DNA of 63,989 bases, filler included, from Acidimicrobiia bacterium (GCA_046759765.1; 16 parts of 16 records of this genome joined end to end with filler, not necessarily neighbours in it), one strand, 5' to 3'. Shown: positions 30,314 to 41,596, counted from the first letter of the whole stretch. Numbers and translations are program-made. Notes: generated from the letters alone by a model not told the origin.

Positions 30314-31312
30314 GTGACGCTCGGACGAGTCCAAAAGAGTCAGCTGGAGAAGAAGTTCTCAGCTCGACGTCCAGAGGCGGAACAGGTCCGTGTCTCGGCG
30401 GTCACCGAGCTATCGGAGGGCTGGGAGACGGACGTCTACCGGATAGCGGTTCATTATCTGGTCGCGGGCACAAAACGTCGCGAGAACTATGTGGTGAGGC
30501 TTTACGGGGGTGCGTTCGGTGACGAACGAGCGGCCAGAGAGTCTCAGGTGTTGAAGCGGTCCCGCCAGGCCGGACTGCCCGTCCCGCGTGTCGAGTTTCT
30601 CGTGCGGTCCGGAGCAGGCCTCAGTGTTCCCTTCGTCGTACTGGAGGAAGTACGGGGAGCAACTTTGGCACGCGCTCTCACCGAAGGGTCCGACAGGGAA
30701 GGGTGGCTCGAGGCAATGGTCCGACTTCTTGTCAGCGTGCATCGAGTCAACCCCCACCGGCTGATGGAGGGACTATCTGCCCCACATGGGGTGATTCCAC
30801 CGGATCTGGAAGCAATGAACCAGGCGGCGGAGGAGTATCAATTAGCTGGCGCCGACTCGGTGCTCGGTTGGCTGGAGAGAAACGCAGCTCCAGTCGATCA
30901 CACCGTGTGTCTTCTCCACAGTGACTTTCACCCGGGAAACATCATGGTGAGGGACAGCCAGCTCGTAGCCCTCGACTGGTCGTTCGCCGAGATGGGCGAT
31001 CATCGGCTCGACCTTGCATGGACCGCGCTGCTACTCACGGACTTGCTCGGTGTTTCTTATCGCGCCTGGCTGCTCGACAGCTATGAGCGCCTTTCGGGTC
31101 GGAGCGTTTCGGGAATCGACTACTTCGAGGGGCTCAAACTGGGCGCGAGGCTGATGACCGTGGCGGCCTGGCTTGAAGGCTCTCTGGAGATTCCGGTGAA
31201 GAAGATCACCCCGGAGGCGATCAGAGGCGACTACCGGATTCATGTCGTGAACGTTTACAAACGCTGGAAGCAGGTGACGCGCGCGAAAATCGGGCTGTTC
31301 GAAGCCATCTGA
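30314..31312 (+). CDS. aminoglycoside phosphotransferase/kinase-like protein
   Basis: GWETDVY, LLHSDFHPGNIM, LDW. Confidence 0.85.
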   Translation: MTLGRVQKSQLEKKFSARRPEAEQVRVSAVTELSEGWETDVYRIAVHYLVAGTKRRENYVVRLYGGAFGDERAARESQVLKRSRQAGLPVPRVEFLVRSGAGLSVPFVVLEEVRGATLARALTEGSDREGWLEAMVRLLVSVHRVNPHRLMEGLSAPHGVIPPDLEAMNQAAEEYQLAGADSVLGWLERNAAPVDHTVCLLHSDFHPGNIMVRDSQLVALDWSFAEMGDHRLDLAWTALLLTDLLGVSYRAWLLDSYERLSGRSVSGIDYFEGLKLGARLMTVAAWLEGSLEIPVKKITPEAIRGDYRIHVVNVYKRWKQVTRAKIGLFEAI

Positions 31313-31332
31313 GGAACATTTGCGGCAAAGAC

Positions 31333-31725
31333 TCAGCCTGGGTGTCGGGCGGCGACGGTTCGCTCGATCTCCTCCGCCAGCGAAGGCATCTCCTTCATCA
31401 TCTCCTCGAAGTCCCAGGCCAGCATCGAGCCCACGCGCATAGGCGTGATCGCTACCACATTGGCGTTGCGTCGACCATGGGAGAGCAATGCGACTTCGCC
31501 AAAAAAGTCACCGGGGCCGAGAATGGCCAGGTGCGAGTCGGCGCTGGTGACGGCCGCATGACCCTCGAGGATGACGAAGAAACGGTACGCAAATTCGCCC
31601 GCCTCCGCGATCACGGTTCCCAGCGGAACCTCGACCTCTTCGAGTCGCTCGGCCAGCCAAGACAGATGACTCTCACTGACTCCGGAGAAGAGCGCCACTG
31701 ACTGCAGCTTGTGACCATCCACCAT
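31333..31725 (-). CDS. cyclic nucleotide-binding domain protein
   Basis: LGPGDFFGEVALL..RRNANVVA. Confidence 0.9.
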   Translation of the reverse strand: MVDGHKLQSVALFSGVSESHLSWLAERLEEVEVPLGTVIAEAGEFAYRFFVILEGHAAVTSADSHLAILGPGDFFGEVALLSHGRRNANVVAITPMRVGSMLAWDFEEMMKEMPSLAEEIERTVAARHPG

Positions 31726-31772
31726 TCAGATCTTAAGCTGCAAGCACCGGCATCCGGTTCGGCCGGAGGCTC

Positions 31773-32069
31773 CTAACGAGGGCGCTCGTAGTCGCGCTCC
31801 CGTATTCGCACGCCCTGAGTCTCGTAGGCCTCGTACCTCTCCTGCGCGGCTGCTTCGTCTGGATACTTGCCTCGCACGCCGAAGTAGACGAGCGCACCGA
31901 TGATGGGAAACCAGATTATGAACACCGCCCAGAGCCCCTTGGCAAGACCGGTGACCTCTCTGTTCCTGAACAAGTCGACCAGCGTGAAGACCCACAACAG
32001 GATGAGCGGAATCCAGATAATCAGAAAGACGTTGCCGTCGGACAGGTCGAAGGGCAACCCTGGTGACAT
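31773..32069 (-). CDS. PLDc_N-type small membrane protein
   Basis: LWVFTLVDLFR..K.LW..I..P.IGALVYF. Confidence 0.75.
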   Translation of the reverse strand: MSPGLPFDLSDGNVFLIIWIPLILLWVFTLVDLFRNREVTGLAKGLWAVFIIWFPIIGALVYFGVRGKYPDEAAAQERYEAYETQGVRIRERDYERPR

Positions 32070-32183
32070 AGGCATCCTTTCACTGGGGAGCGCCGTCCTC
32101 GGCTGCGAGGCTAACACTCGCGCGGGGAGCGTTCAGATGACTGAGCTTTCGGGCGTCTATCGAGCCAGCTATCCTCGCCCGCC

Positions 32184-32954
32184 GTGCTGTCCAGAGCCCC
32201 CCAATCCATTTGGCGAAGCCTGGTCTGGCTGGTGACGCTACTTGCTCTCCTCCTAGTCGTAACCGGGGCCGGGGCAGCTGTGGCCCTTGATACCTTTCCT
32301 GTCGAGGTCTTCGCCCAGGAGGAGCCCGCTCCGCCGGACACTGAACCGCCAGATACCACCCAGCCACCTGAGGGAGAGTCCGACTTCGATCCGGTCGTTC
32401 TTGTGCTAGTGATCCTCGGGGTCATTCTTCTGCTGGTCATCATTGGGGCCATATCCCGCGGGAGTGAGCGTCGTTCGACCAGGCAAGAGGCAGCTATCGA
32501 CGATTGGAAGGTGCGAGCACGCGGCTCGTATGGAAAGGCCAAGTGGCTGAGCGAGAACATGACCGCGGAGATGGCCCGCCAGCTCGGGGATGTTCACTAC
32601 AAGCGCGATGCTCTCGCAGAAGAGCTCAACATGGAGGACGTGGCTGTGCTGGATAGGTGGCACCAGATCGAACGGTCTGTCCAGGAGGCCACGTCGGAGC
32701 TTTACGCCTTGGAGGCCAATCCGCCGGTGTCCGGGTGGTCCCAGACTGTTCATTCCACAGCACTCGGTCTGCAACAGGTCCATTCCAGGATCGAGGAGGC
32801 CGCCAAGGCTCACGTCGCCTACAGGAAGGCCGAAGGCAACCCTGAACTCGACACCGCCGATGCCCTCGAAGTGAAGCTGACGTTCGAACGGGCCATCCGG
32901 GATTCGGAGGCCCAGCTGTCGGCCGGTCTGGATCAGATGCGGCAGATCGTCTAG
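32184..32954 (+). CDS. hypothetical membrane protein
   Basis: signal/TM, Pro-rich linker, TM, helical C-terminus. Confidence 0.6.
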   Translation: MLSRAPQSIWRSLVWLVTLLALLLVVTGAGAAVALDTFPVEVFAQEEPAPPDTEPPDTTQPPEGESDFDPVVLVLVILGVILLLVIIGAISRGSERRSTRQEAAIDDWKVRARGSYGKAKWLSENMTAEMARQLGDVHYKRDALAEELNMEDVAVLDRWHQIERSVQEATSELYALEANPPVSGWSQTVHSTALGLQQVHSRIEEAAKAHVAYRKAEGNPELDTADALEVKLTFERAIRDSEAQLSAGLDQMRQIV

Positions 32955-33044
32955 CTGGTCGTCACTAGTACCGACGCGCGGCTTATTGTCCCTCCCCCGC
33001 TGCCGGGCGTTTCCCCTCAGGCAAATCGCCCTGGGTGCCGAAAA

Positions 33045-33239
33045 ATGGGTATGGCTATGAGGCATGATCCGGTTCGAGAGATCGAGATGTCAGAGCGGAG
33101 CTGGTCGGCCATGGATCGTGAGTCCGAGCGGGTGCTCATGGAACTCCACAGCCGAGTCATCGATGCCCGAGTGGCAGCGCGAAAACTGGCCCTGGACCAA
33201 CTCCTAGGACGCATCGACTCAGTGATCACAGCCGCCTGA
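33045..33239 (+). CDS. small hypothetical protein
   Basis: 64-aa helical ORF filling the intergenic gap. Confidence 0.35.
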   Translation: MGMAMRHDPVREIEMSERSWSAMDRESERVLMELHSRVIDARVAARKLALDQLLGRIDSVITAA

Positions 33240-33319
33240 ACAGAGCGGCTTTCACACTTCACCTCAAGCATCTCATCTGCTTGTTCGAAAGTTGATCCTG
33301 AAGCTCCAGAGGAATCCGC

Positions 33320-34165
33320 GTGTCCTTAACTTCTGACAGAGGCTCAGTGGCGGTTGTGCTCGGAACCCGGCCCGAAGTCGTGAAGCTGGCGGGCCTGATT
33401 CAGCTCTTGGGTCCGCGGTGCCGTCTGATCCACACCGGTCAGCACTACGACGACCGGTTGGCCCAAGGCCTCCTGGAGGAGTTCGAGGTCGTGCCGCCGC
33501 ACGTATCGCTTACCGTCGGCGGGACCTCTCGGGGCCGCCAAGTAGCCGAAACGCTTCTGGTTCTCGACGATCTCTTTGAGCGGGAGCGCCCCGACGTTGT
33601 TGTTGTTCAGGGCGACACCAACAGCACGCTTGGCGGGGCACTGGCGGCCAACGCCCACGCCATCCCCTTGGTGCACATCGAAGCCGGCATGCGCAGCTTC
33701 GACCGGCGCATGGCCGAGGAACACAACCGCATCCTTACCGATCACGCCTCCGACGTCTGCTGCGCTCCTACGGAGGCCAATGCCGCCAATCTGGTACGGG
33801 AGGGCATACCCGCCGTACGGATCGCCGTGACTGGACATACGGTTGTAGCCGCAGTCGAGGAGCGACTGCCCGACGAAGACGACCGCGCTGAGATCCTCCT
33901 CGACTACGGGCTAGAGCCGTCGGCGTATGCGGTAGCGACCTTCCACCGGGCCGAGAACGTCGACGACCCTGACCACCTTGACCAGATCCTGGCGGCGCTC
34001 GGAAAGGTAGATGTGCCGGTGGTCCTCCCCCTGCATCCTCGAACGAGACGCAGGGTGGAAGAGTTCGGGCTCGGTGCCCGGCTCGACCCCCTCGTTCTGG
34101 TCGAGCCCCTGGATTACGCCACCTTTCTTGCTCTCTGTGCCGAGAGCGCGCTGCTGATCACCGAC
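33320..34165 (+). CDS. wecB: UDP-N-acetylglucosamine 2-epimerase (non-hydrolysing), 3' truncated
   Basis: GTRPE, HTGQHY, VQGDTNS, HIEAGMRS, HRAEN, PLHPRT. Confidence 0.93.
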
Positions 34166-34265
34166 NNNNNNNNNNNNNNNNNNNNNNNNNNNNNNNNNNN
34201 NNNNNNNNNTTAATTAATTAANNNNNNNNNNNNNNNNNNNNNNNNNNNNNNNNNNNNNNNNNNNN

Positions 34266-35425
34266 GAGCTCGCCGTCACACTGCCTGGTGCCGACGCCTC
34301 ATCGAAGAGGAGCCGTGCACGCACCTTGACGGGCGCGCCCGACAGTGTCGTGAGGAAGTGGGCGTAAAAGGCGGCCGGGTCAGGAACGGCGGTCGCCACG
34401 AGCACGCGGGCTCCCGAGGGATCGCGGACGGTGCTCCCATACATCGGACCGGGTTCTTCGACTACCACCAGGTTGATTGGTTCCGTGGTCACCAGATTCT
34501 CGCCCGCCGCCACCGACGCGGCCAGCTCGTCCCATAGATAGAAGAACCCGCTGGTCACGGCCGGGAAGATCCGCACCAGCGACCCGAGATACTTGACTGC
34601 CTCACTTTGTTCAGCCTCCTGCAAATCGAGCAGCCAAAAGGCTGGTACGGGCACGTGGTTGGTCGCATCGAGAGGCACTAGCGCGATCTGGGCCCCCGAA
34701 CCGAGCACTCGGGCGGCAGCGGGAACGTCGATCCAGAAGTTCCACTCAGCATCGGTCACTCCCAGGGGCACAGGGGCATCCACTCCGACGTTCCCACGGG
34801 CATCCACGGCTCCGCCCATGATCACAACCCGATCCAGTTGGTCGGCAACGTTCGGATGGAGATCGAGGGCACGGGCGACGTTCGTGAGCGGCGCCACCGC
34901 GTAGAGAGTCACTGGTTGATCGGACGCGGCCGCGACATCGGCGATGAGCTGGTGGGCCGGCCGGGGATCAGCGCCCACACCCGACACATCCGGCAGACCG
35001 AAACCGAGCGATTCGTGCCCAGTCAGGAATGCGGCAGGCCACTCTCCAGCGCCAAGAGCAGGCTCTGAGTCGCAAGCCACTGGGACCTCTGCACGTCCCA
35101 AAAGAGCCAGAATGCCGAAGGTGACCTCAACCCCGAGCTCGCAACCCGCCTCGCCGGTGACCGGCAGCGTGACCGCCAGCACGTCGACGTCGGGATGGGA
35201 AAGGAGATAAAGGAGTGCCCCCACGTCGGACACAGTCGGGCTGTAATCGACAATCACCGGCTGCCGCCCCTGACCCTCCGATTCGACCTCTGACGCGGAA
35301 GGCGAAGTCGCCCGGTTCGCGGTCGTCGAAGGCGACGCTCCTGGAGTACAAGCCACAGCCGCCAGCGCCGCCACCAGAAACATACGCACGGCCGGCAAGC
35401 CTCGCCTAGGTGGATACCTCGTCAT
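34266..35425 (-). CDS. nucleoside hydrolase-like lipoprotein (3' truncated)
   Basis: lipobox-like AVAC, APLTNVA, IMGGA, AEWNFWID, VPLDAT, WDEL. Confidence 0.8.
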
Positions 35426-35784
35426 ACGAGTTTCTCAACCTTTCTATGGCAGGCTAGAGACTCAATAGACCCCCGCTGACCAGCGATTTTCCAATGATGG
35501 ACCCGACCGGACTCCCAGGTTTCGCTCCTTGACACGATTCTCGTCCATTTCTTGTCAGGTGGCAGGGCCGGCCGGACATGAACCAGTGCCGGAACACCGG
35601 TTCGGTGATTCGGAGGGGAGCGTGGGGCCGGGCAATCGCCCGGCCTCACCGCTCAGCACGGGTGGAGCGATAAGTGCTGCACAACATGGCTATCTGCCCG
35701 ACTTGGCCCTAAGGACGCGTGGCTTTAGCGGGCGTATGCTTCCACAAGCGCGGGCACCTTGGGTGAGGGTGGAGAGGAGGAGGC

Positions 35785-36219
35785 GTGGAGTTCGACACCG
35801 AGTTTGTGATCAGGCAGCCGGTCGAGAAGGTGTTTGGCCACTTCGCTGACATTGAAGGACGTCCCAACTGGGTTACGCCGGCAGTCGAACGTGAGAAGCT
35901 CACTGAGGGACCGGTCGGGGTGGGTACCAAGTATCGGTCCGTAGACCGGTTACCCGGAAGGCGTATCGAGTTCAGCCAGGAGGTGACCGCCTACGTGCCG
36001 AATGAGCTCGTTTCGGAAGCTTGGACGGGGCCGCTTGCCGGTCGATCCGAAACGAGGTTCGCTCCGCAGGACGGGGCCACGAGACTGACGCTGCATATGG
36101 AGGTCGCCCCGTCGGGCATGTTCAAGGTGCTGGCGCCGATCATACGCGGCTGGGTACAGCGAGCGCTGCAGAAGGACCTTGCCCGCTTCGAAGCATGGGT
36201 TGCGGCGTCGTCCGGTTGA
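35785..36219 (+). CDS. SRPBCC/polyketide cyclase family protein
   Basis: I.QPVEKVF..W..GPVGVGT; GGAGGAGG RBS. Confidence 0.85.
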   Translation: MEFDTEFVIRQPVEKVFGHFADIEGRPNWVTPAVEREKLTEGPVGVGTKYRSVDRLPGRRIEFSQEVTAYVPNELVSEAWTGPLAGRSETRFAPQDGATRLTLHMEVAPSGMFKVLAPIIRGWVQRALQKDLARFEAWVAASSG

Positions 36220-36249
36220 GCATGACGGGCCGCTGCGACGGCCGATGGA

Positions 36250-36918
36250 CTATCCAGCGCCGGTTGCCTCGTCATCGAGCCCTATAACAACGCCGCTGAT
36301 CAAGCCGACGTCTTCGTAGTGCTCGGTGTGCGCCAGACCGATCCCGGGCGTCAGACCGAGTTGCTTAGCTGCGGCGTCGGTCATGAAGAGGTAGCCGCGA
36401 TGGCCGGTCTGCTCGGTAACCGAGTTCTTTAGTAGCCGATGGACCAGGTTGACTGCCGGTCCGATCAGCTTCTCTCGGCCAGCGATTCGTTGAACAACCT
36501 GGGTTCCGTGGTGAACCAGGAACTCGAGTTCGAGCGTGGGGAGAACTGGGCACGCCTGACAGTCGTGCCTTGGCATTTCGATGGCCATCGCCTCCTCGAT
36601 CCGATCCTTGAAAGCCCCATATGCCGACCGAACCATCCCGAGCAGCATCGCAGCGCCGCCCACCTGTCGATCATCCGGCGCATATGCGAATACAGCATCT
36701 CCCTCGATCTCCTCAAGCTGGAAAGTTGGGGCAGTCGCTTCCACCACCACGTTGAGGAGGTCGCTCAGGATTGGATAGGCGGGCGCCACCGTGTTGCCGG
36801 CACGGGCCATCTCGGGATGGGCGACCGCCACCGTTTCCAGAAACGTGGTGTATCCGGAGATGTCGCCCAAGAGCAGGGTCCCGTGGGTGACATGCGGAGC
36901 TTCTACGCGGGTGGTCAT
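36250..36918 (-). CDS. DUF2652-type nucleotide cyclase-like protein
   Basis: DISGYT.F, IEGDAVF, C..C, VH.G, G.AVNLVHRLLKN. Confidence 0.8.
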   Translation of the reverse strand: MTTRVEAPHVTHGTLLLGDISGYTTFLETVAVAHPEMARAGNTVAPAYPILSDLLNVVVEATAPTFQLEEIEGDAVFAYAPDDRQVGGAAMLLGMVRSAYGAFKDRIEEAMAIEMPRHDCQACPVLPTLELEFLVHHGTQVVQRIAGREKLIGPAVNLVHRLLKNSVTEQTGHRGYLFMTDAAAKQLGLTPGIGLAHTEHYEDVGLISGVVIGLDDEATGAG

Positions 36919-37184
36919 GGGTGCAGTGGTCTCGGTGGCTAGGGGGTTCGATCCTCAGGGTTCTGTCCGAATGGAACTGCAATGTGGCCCCCCTAGCTTC
37001 ACCAATCGCTCTGGGTGGCCAACGTGTGCAGACGTTTCCAAACCTTACGGATCGCCGTTTACACCGATCGTCTCCTACTCGATTAGAAGAGGCACAGCCG
37101 GCAGGGAAGAACCCGCCCACAGGCACCACCCTGGGTGATCGCAGGCTCACCCTGGCAATGCGCTCGAGGGTCTACGCTCGGTCC

Positions 37185-37955
37185 ATGGCCGACTCTCCGC
37201 GGACCCGCCGCGAGCCGCCGCGGTTCCGGCGGGTATTTGTTCGGGGCGTCGAGTTTCTGACCCCATACATGGCTCGGGTCACCTTCAGTGGGGAAGAGCT
37301 GACCGGGTTCACGGTCGGTCAGCCGGCGGCGAGTGTGCGGCTGTTGCTGTCCACCCCGGGCGAAGCCGCGCTCGTCATGCCGACATGGGACGGCAACGTG
37401 TTCCTGCTTCCCGACGGCGAACGAGCCACGATCCGAACCTTCACCCCACAGCTGTCCGATTCGGCGGCCAAGGAGCTGGGCCTCGATGTGGTCATCCACG
37501 CAGCGGGGGCGGCATCGGACTGGGCTCAGCAGGCCGGCCAGGGCGACCCGGCAGCTATCTCCGGTCCCGGCCGCGGCTATCCGATCGATCCCACCGCGAC
37601 GGGGTTCGTCTTGGCCGGCGACGAAACGGCGATACCGGCGATCGGTCAGCTGCTGGAGGCACTCCCTCGCGACCGCCCAGTACAGGCAATGATCGAGGTC
37701 AGGCACCCCGAGGCGCGCATGAGCCTGTCCGACCACCCCCTGGCCATTGTCGACTGGGTCGACCTTCCCACCGATGCGGCTCCTGGAGACGCCCTGCTCG
37801 AAGCTGTGGCCGCAGCCGTGATCGAGCCCGACAATCGAGTGTGGGCGGCCGGCGAAGCAGCAGCTATGCAACGAATCCGCCGGCACCTCTTCGAGGAACG
37901 GGATCTGCCCCGAGCCGCGGCAACGGTTCGCGGCTACTGGAAACTGCGCGGCTAG
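37185..37955 (+). CDS. siderophore-interacting protein (FAD/NADPH ferric reductase family)
   Basis: RTFTP, GPG, AGDETAIPAI, WAAGE, GYWK. Confidence 0.9.
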   Translation: MADSPRTRREPPRFRRVFVRGVEFLTPYMARVTFSGEELTGFTVGQPAASVRLLLSTPGEAALVMPTWDGNVFLLPDGERATIRTFTPQLSDSAAKELGLDVVIHAAGAASDWAQQAGQGDPAAISGPGRGYPIDPTATGFVLAGDETAIPAIGQLLEALPRDRPVQAMIEVRHPEARMSLSDHPLAIVDWVDLPTDAAPGDALLEAVAAAVIEPDNRVWAAGEAAAMQRIRRHLFEERDLPRAAATVRGYWKLRG

Positions 37956-37995
37956 CGGCTCACGCCCGAAATCTCGGCTGAATTGGGATTTCGCG

Positions 37996-38044
37996 TGGTG
38001 GCCCCGACCGGATTCGAACCGGCGTTACCGGCTTGAAAGGCCGG
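37996..38044 (-). mobile_element. 3' half of tRNA-Glu(TTC), att-site duplication
   Basis: CCGGC-CTTTCAA-GCCGG-TAAC-GCCGGTTCGAATCCGGT-CGGGGCC-ACCA; upstream sequence is not a tRNA 5' half; TGGCCC x3 at 38161-38188. Confidence 0.8.
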
Positions 38045-38295
38045 TTCATGGGGTTTTCGCCCATTTTGGCTGACCTGCGAAAACGCCGAAAAACGCAGGG
38101 TGAGCAGGCGTTTTGTCCCGATTGCGGTTCGCAGTGGTTCGCGTCATTTTGCGTCTCTTTTGGCCCTGATGTGGCCCAGGTGTGGCCCAAGCGTGNNNNN
38201 NNNNNNNNNNNNNNNNNNNNNNNNNNNNNNNNNNNNNNNTTAATTAATTAANNNNNNNNNNNNNNNNNNNNNNNNNNNNNNNNNNNNNNNNNNNN

Positions 38296-38838
38296 AGCCT
38301 GGCGCCATCGCTCATGGCGATACCGCAGTGCCCCGAATCCCCATCCCACCACCGTGGCCACCACGAAGAAGACCACCAGGTTGGTGACCAGGAACGTCGG
38401 GACACTGACGGTCTGCGCACCGACCAGAAACGCCACGACCTGGGTGAGGGCCAGAAGCCCGGCTGCCACCTCTGCCCACAGCAGCCCGTGCCCGTAGGCG
38501 ACGAGCACCATCCATGAGATCGGGTAGCCACCGAAATAGTTGTTGGTCGCCTCGGCCAGAATTGGAGATAAGGCGATCGCCAAGCTCACCGCCCCATCCA
38601 GCACGAGGTAGGTAGGAGTTCGGAGACGTTGCTCGTCGCGGGCAAGCGCCAATGTAACAGCCGTTCCTCCCGTGGCGAGCGCCAAAGCCCCGAACACAAT
38701 CGCCGGCTCGGCAGAAGGATCCGTGGCGACTGTGGCCCAGACCAGCGCCCCCATCCACACCAATGCCAGGACGCGGAACGCCACGACTCCCCTCAGAATC
38801 GTGACATCGATGGCCTCCGCGGCCGAGTGACTCACCAT
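38296..38838 (-). CDS. membrane sensor domain, probably of a histidine kinase (3' truncated)
   Basis: six TM helices starting RGVVAFRVLALVW, like actinobacterial MacS-type sensors; kinase part beyond the contig edge. Confidence 0.5.
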
Positions 38839-39175
38839 GTCCCTATCTGAGAAGCGTACCGATACGGCTATTGCCAGACGGGGTCGTGGACAAGTCATGC
38901 ATGATGGTTTCCCTCGATCTGGCCAGACGACCGGCCCTCACATCGGGGTATCTCCCGATAGTCGGGTAGCAGGAGTGCCCTTCGGCGTTCCTCTCTTGGG
39001 CAGATCCGTCGCCTGTGGCTGATATGGAGGGGTGGTCTGACTCGACCGGCCCTAACTCCGTTTTAGGGGGAATCCCCGATTGTCAAAGCCGCGCTATTGG
39101 CGATGATGGGCGTGAAGGAACACCCACCATGGCAAGGCTCAATCGGTCCCAAGGCCCAGGCGTAGGGTCGATGAC

Positions 39176-39646
39176 ATGACCAACCGGTCCAATCTCGTCT
39201 ACTTCGAGGATCTGGAAGTGGGGATGGAGCTGTGGGGAACCGAAGAGGTCGCGAACCGTGATGAGATGCTCGGGTACGCGCGGCGGTATGACCCGTGGCC
39301 GATGCACATCGACGAGGAGGCCGCCGCCCAGAGCCCGTTCGGTGAGCTGGTAGCCAGTGGCGGATACACGATCAGTCTCTGGTACCGCTCGGGCCACGGG
39401 ATCTGGCACCGGCCTGATTGGACGGCGGCTTTCCTGGGCGGCTTCGACTGGCAGGTGAAGTTTCCCCAACCTCTCCGTCCTGGTGAGAAGGTGCGGGCCC
39501 GTTCGGTGATCAGCGACATGCGCCGCAGTTCTAAACCCGGAAGAGGGGTGGTCACACACAAATCGGACCTCCTCAACCAAGAGGGTGACACTTTCCTGGT
39601 GGTAGACGTCGTCTTCCTGATCGCAACCCGGCCGGAGACTTCTTAG
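39176..39646 (+). CDS. MaoC-like dehydratase (hotdog fold)
   Basis: YFEDLEVG, YDPWPMHID, FGELVASG, F..PLRPG. Confidence 0.9.
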   Translation: MTNRSNLVYFEDLEVGMELWGTEEVANRDEMLGYARRYDPWPMHIDEEAAAQSPFGELVASGGYTISLWYRSGHGIWHRPDWTAAFLGGFDWQVKFPQPLRPGEKVRARSVISDMRRSSKPGRGVVTHKSDLLNQEGDTFLVVDVVFLIATRPETS

Positions 39647-39856
39647 GGTCTTGGCTGACGGCCCGCGCCGACGTGGCCGAAAAGACCAGCCGCCTACCGA
39701 CCTGCTTCGGTCCCGTTTCCGGACGTATCGCTCTGGGAGGTTCGGCGGCTGGGGCGTTATCCCGCCGTATCAGAGTGATCAACGCTCTCTCCTGTCCACG
39801 GCAATCCGAGATATAGGGGATTTCCCCGATAGGCAGGCGACTTCGGTCTGAGGACG

Positions 39857-41596
39857 ATGTCCTTGATGACGACGGATCAGCGCAGCCGCAGTCGAGTGAA
39901 AGGGAGATCGACCATGTCGCCTGCCCAGCCAATATCACCGCAAACCAACCCTTCGAATCGGTTACTACGTGGCCGCCGCCATGCCGAACCGATCCGGCCG
40001 CTCGGCTATGTGACCGTGGCATTGCTGGTGGCCTTCACCCTGGCCGCCTCCGCCTGCAGCAGGGGTGACGCTCCCGCCGAGGCGACCGGGTCGACTGCCC
40101 CGCCAGACGTGGCTTCGGATACCCCAACTACCGGCACGGTCAGTCCTCTGGAGGAGCCTGCGGCAGGGGATGCCACCGTCGCCCTCGAGTGGACAGAAGC
40201 CGGCCTATCCGGCGAGACGTTCATTGACCAACTGCTGAGCACGGACCAAGGGTTCGTCGCCTATCGCTTCGCTCACGGCTCCCAGACGTGGGTATCGGAA
40301 GACGGCATCGACTGGACCCCGACGGATCTTGTCGTCGAAGCCGCAACCGAGGACTTCTTCCTGGGTCCGATCACTGCCGGTGGTCCCGGATATGTCGCCA
40401 TCGGGAGCGACCGGTGGGACAACGATGTGATGTGGACCTCCGAGGATGGTTTCACCTGGAAACGCCACGAGCTCGAGCTTGAGATTCCCTACGGGGACTT
40501 CGAGGGTTTCGAGCAGCTCATTGCGGGGCCTGACAGTTTCCTGCTGCAAGGCTTCCGCACCACATCAATCGAAGGCGAGGAGGGCGAAGGCCACGAGCAT
40601 CCTGTCGTGCTCGCGCACTCGGAAGACGGCCTCAACTGGAGCCTGCTTCCCGACCGCGACACGCTGTTCGGCCCAGGTGCTCAGCTCGTCGAGATCTTGT
40701 CAACCAGCCGGGGTTTCGTAGCGGAGGGCCACAACGGCCACAACGAACTGTGGTGGTCACCAGACGGCCGGTCCTGGGAGGTGCTGCCCGTCGACTTTCT
40801 CGACTCCGACTCAAGCCTGGCCGACCAGCACGGACTTGCGCTGTGGAAGGACAAGTTGCTGGCCGTCGCCAACACCGAAGACGGCATCAGGTTATGGGCC
40901 TCTACCGACGACCGGAACTGGGAGCCCCTCCCCCCGAGCCCGACGTTGGACAACACCGACCAGTTCATCCTTAGCGTGAACCAGGTCGCGGCCGGCCCGC
41001 TGGGGATAGTGCTGATAGGTAGCCTCCGGCCACCTCGGCAGCCGGAGCCTCCAGTGGTCATCGAGAAAGACAACCGGATCCTCATCGTTGACCTCGAGGC
41101 CGGCCGACTGACAGTCACCGACCGGTCCACCGGGGATGCAATGCTCGATGTCGGGCTCGACGCACTGGAGACCGTGGTCATCTTCGATGAGGACGCCGGA
41201 TCGATCACCGTCATCGATCCCGACACCGGAGAAGAATTGATCACCATCACCAATGTGGAGTTTGAAAGAGCCCGAGAGAAGGCGTACGAAGACGCAGGCA
41301 TCGAGGCTGATCCCGGGTTCCGAGACGATCAGTCCACCCCCGTGCTTTGGTTCTCGCCGGATGGGCGGCGCTGGACCAGCGTGGGGATGCAAGAGATGTT
41401 CGGAACCCCTCAGCCTCCGACCGAGGTGGTCGTGGGCAACGATGCCGTGATCGTGCGTTGGTCCGGCTGGCTTTTCGAAGGCGAGGAGGAGTCTGAAGAG
41501 AGCCCGCCCGCAAGCGCGGCGCCATTGCCCGCCCCAGAGTTCGGGGAAGACCCGCCCGACGTCATGTGGGTGGGACGGCTTACAGATCAACCCTGA
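39857..41596 (+). CDS. acidic lipoprotein with BNR/Asp-box-like repeats (start uncertain)
   Basis: ASAC lipobox-like site; repeated W-x-S-x-D-G-x-x-W. Confidence 0.7.
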   Translation: MSLMTTDQRSRSRVKGRSTMSPAQPISPQTNPSNRLLRGRRHAEPIRPLGYVTVALLVAFTLAASACSRGDAPAEATGSTAPPDVASDTPTTGTVSPLEEPAAGDATVALEWTEAGLSGETFIDQLLSTDQGFVAYRFAHGSQTWVSEDGIDWTPTDLVVEAATEDFFLGPITAGGPGYVAIGSDRWDNDVMWTSEDGFTWKRHELELEIPYGDFEGFEQLIAGPDSFLLQGFRTTSIEGEEGEGHEHPVVLAHSEDGLNWSLLPDRDTLFGPGAQLVEILSTSRGFVAEGHNGHNELWWSPDGRSWEVLPVDFLDSDSSLADQHGLALWKDKLLAVANTEDGIRLWASTDDRNWEPLPPSPTLDNTDQFILSVNQVAAGPLGIVLIGSLRPPRQPEPPVVIEKDNRILIVDLEAGRLTVTDRSTGDAMLDVGLDALETVVIFDEDAGSITVIDPDTGEELITITNVEFERAREKAYEDAGIEADPGFRDDQSTPVLWFSPDGRRWTSVGMQEMFGTPQPPTEVVVGNDAVIVRWSGWLFEGEEESEESPPASAAPLPAPEFGEDPPDVMWVGRLTDQP

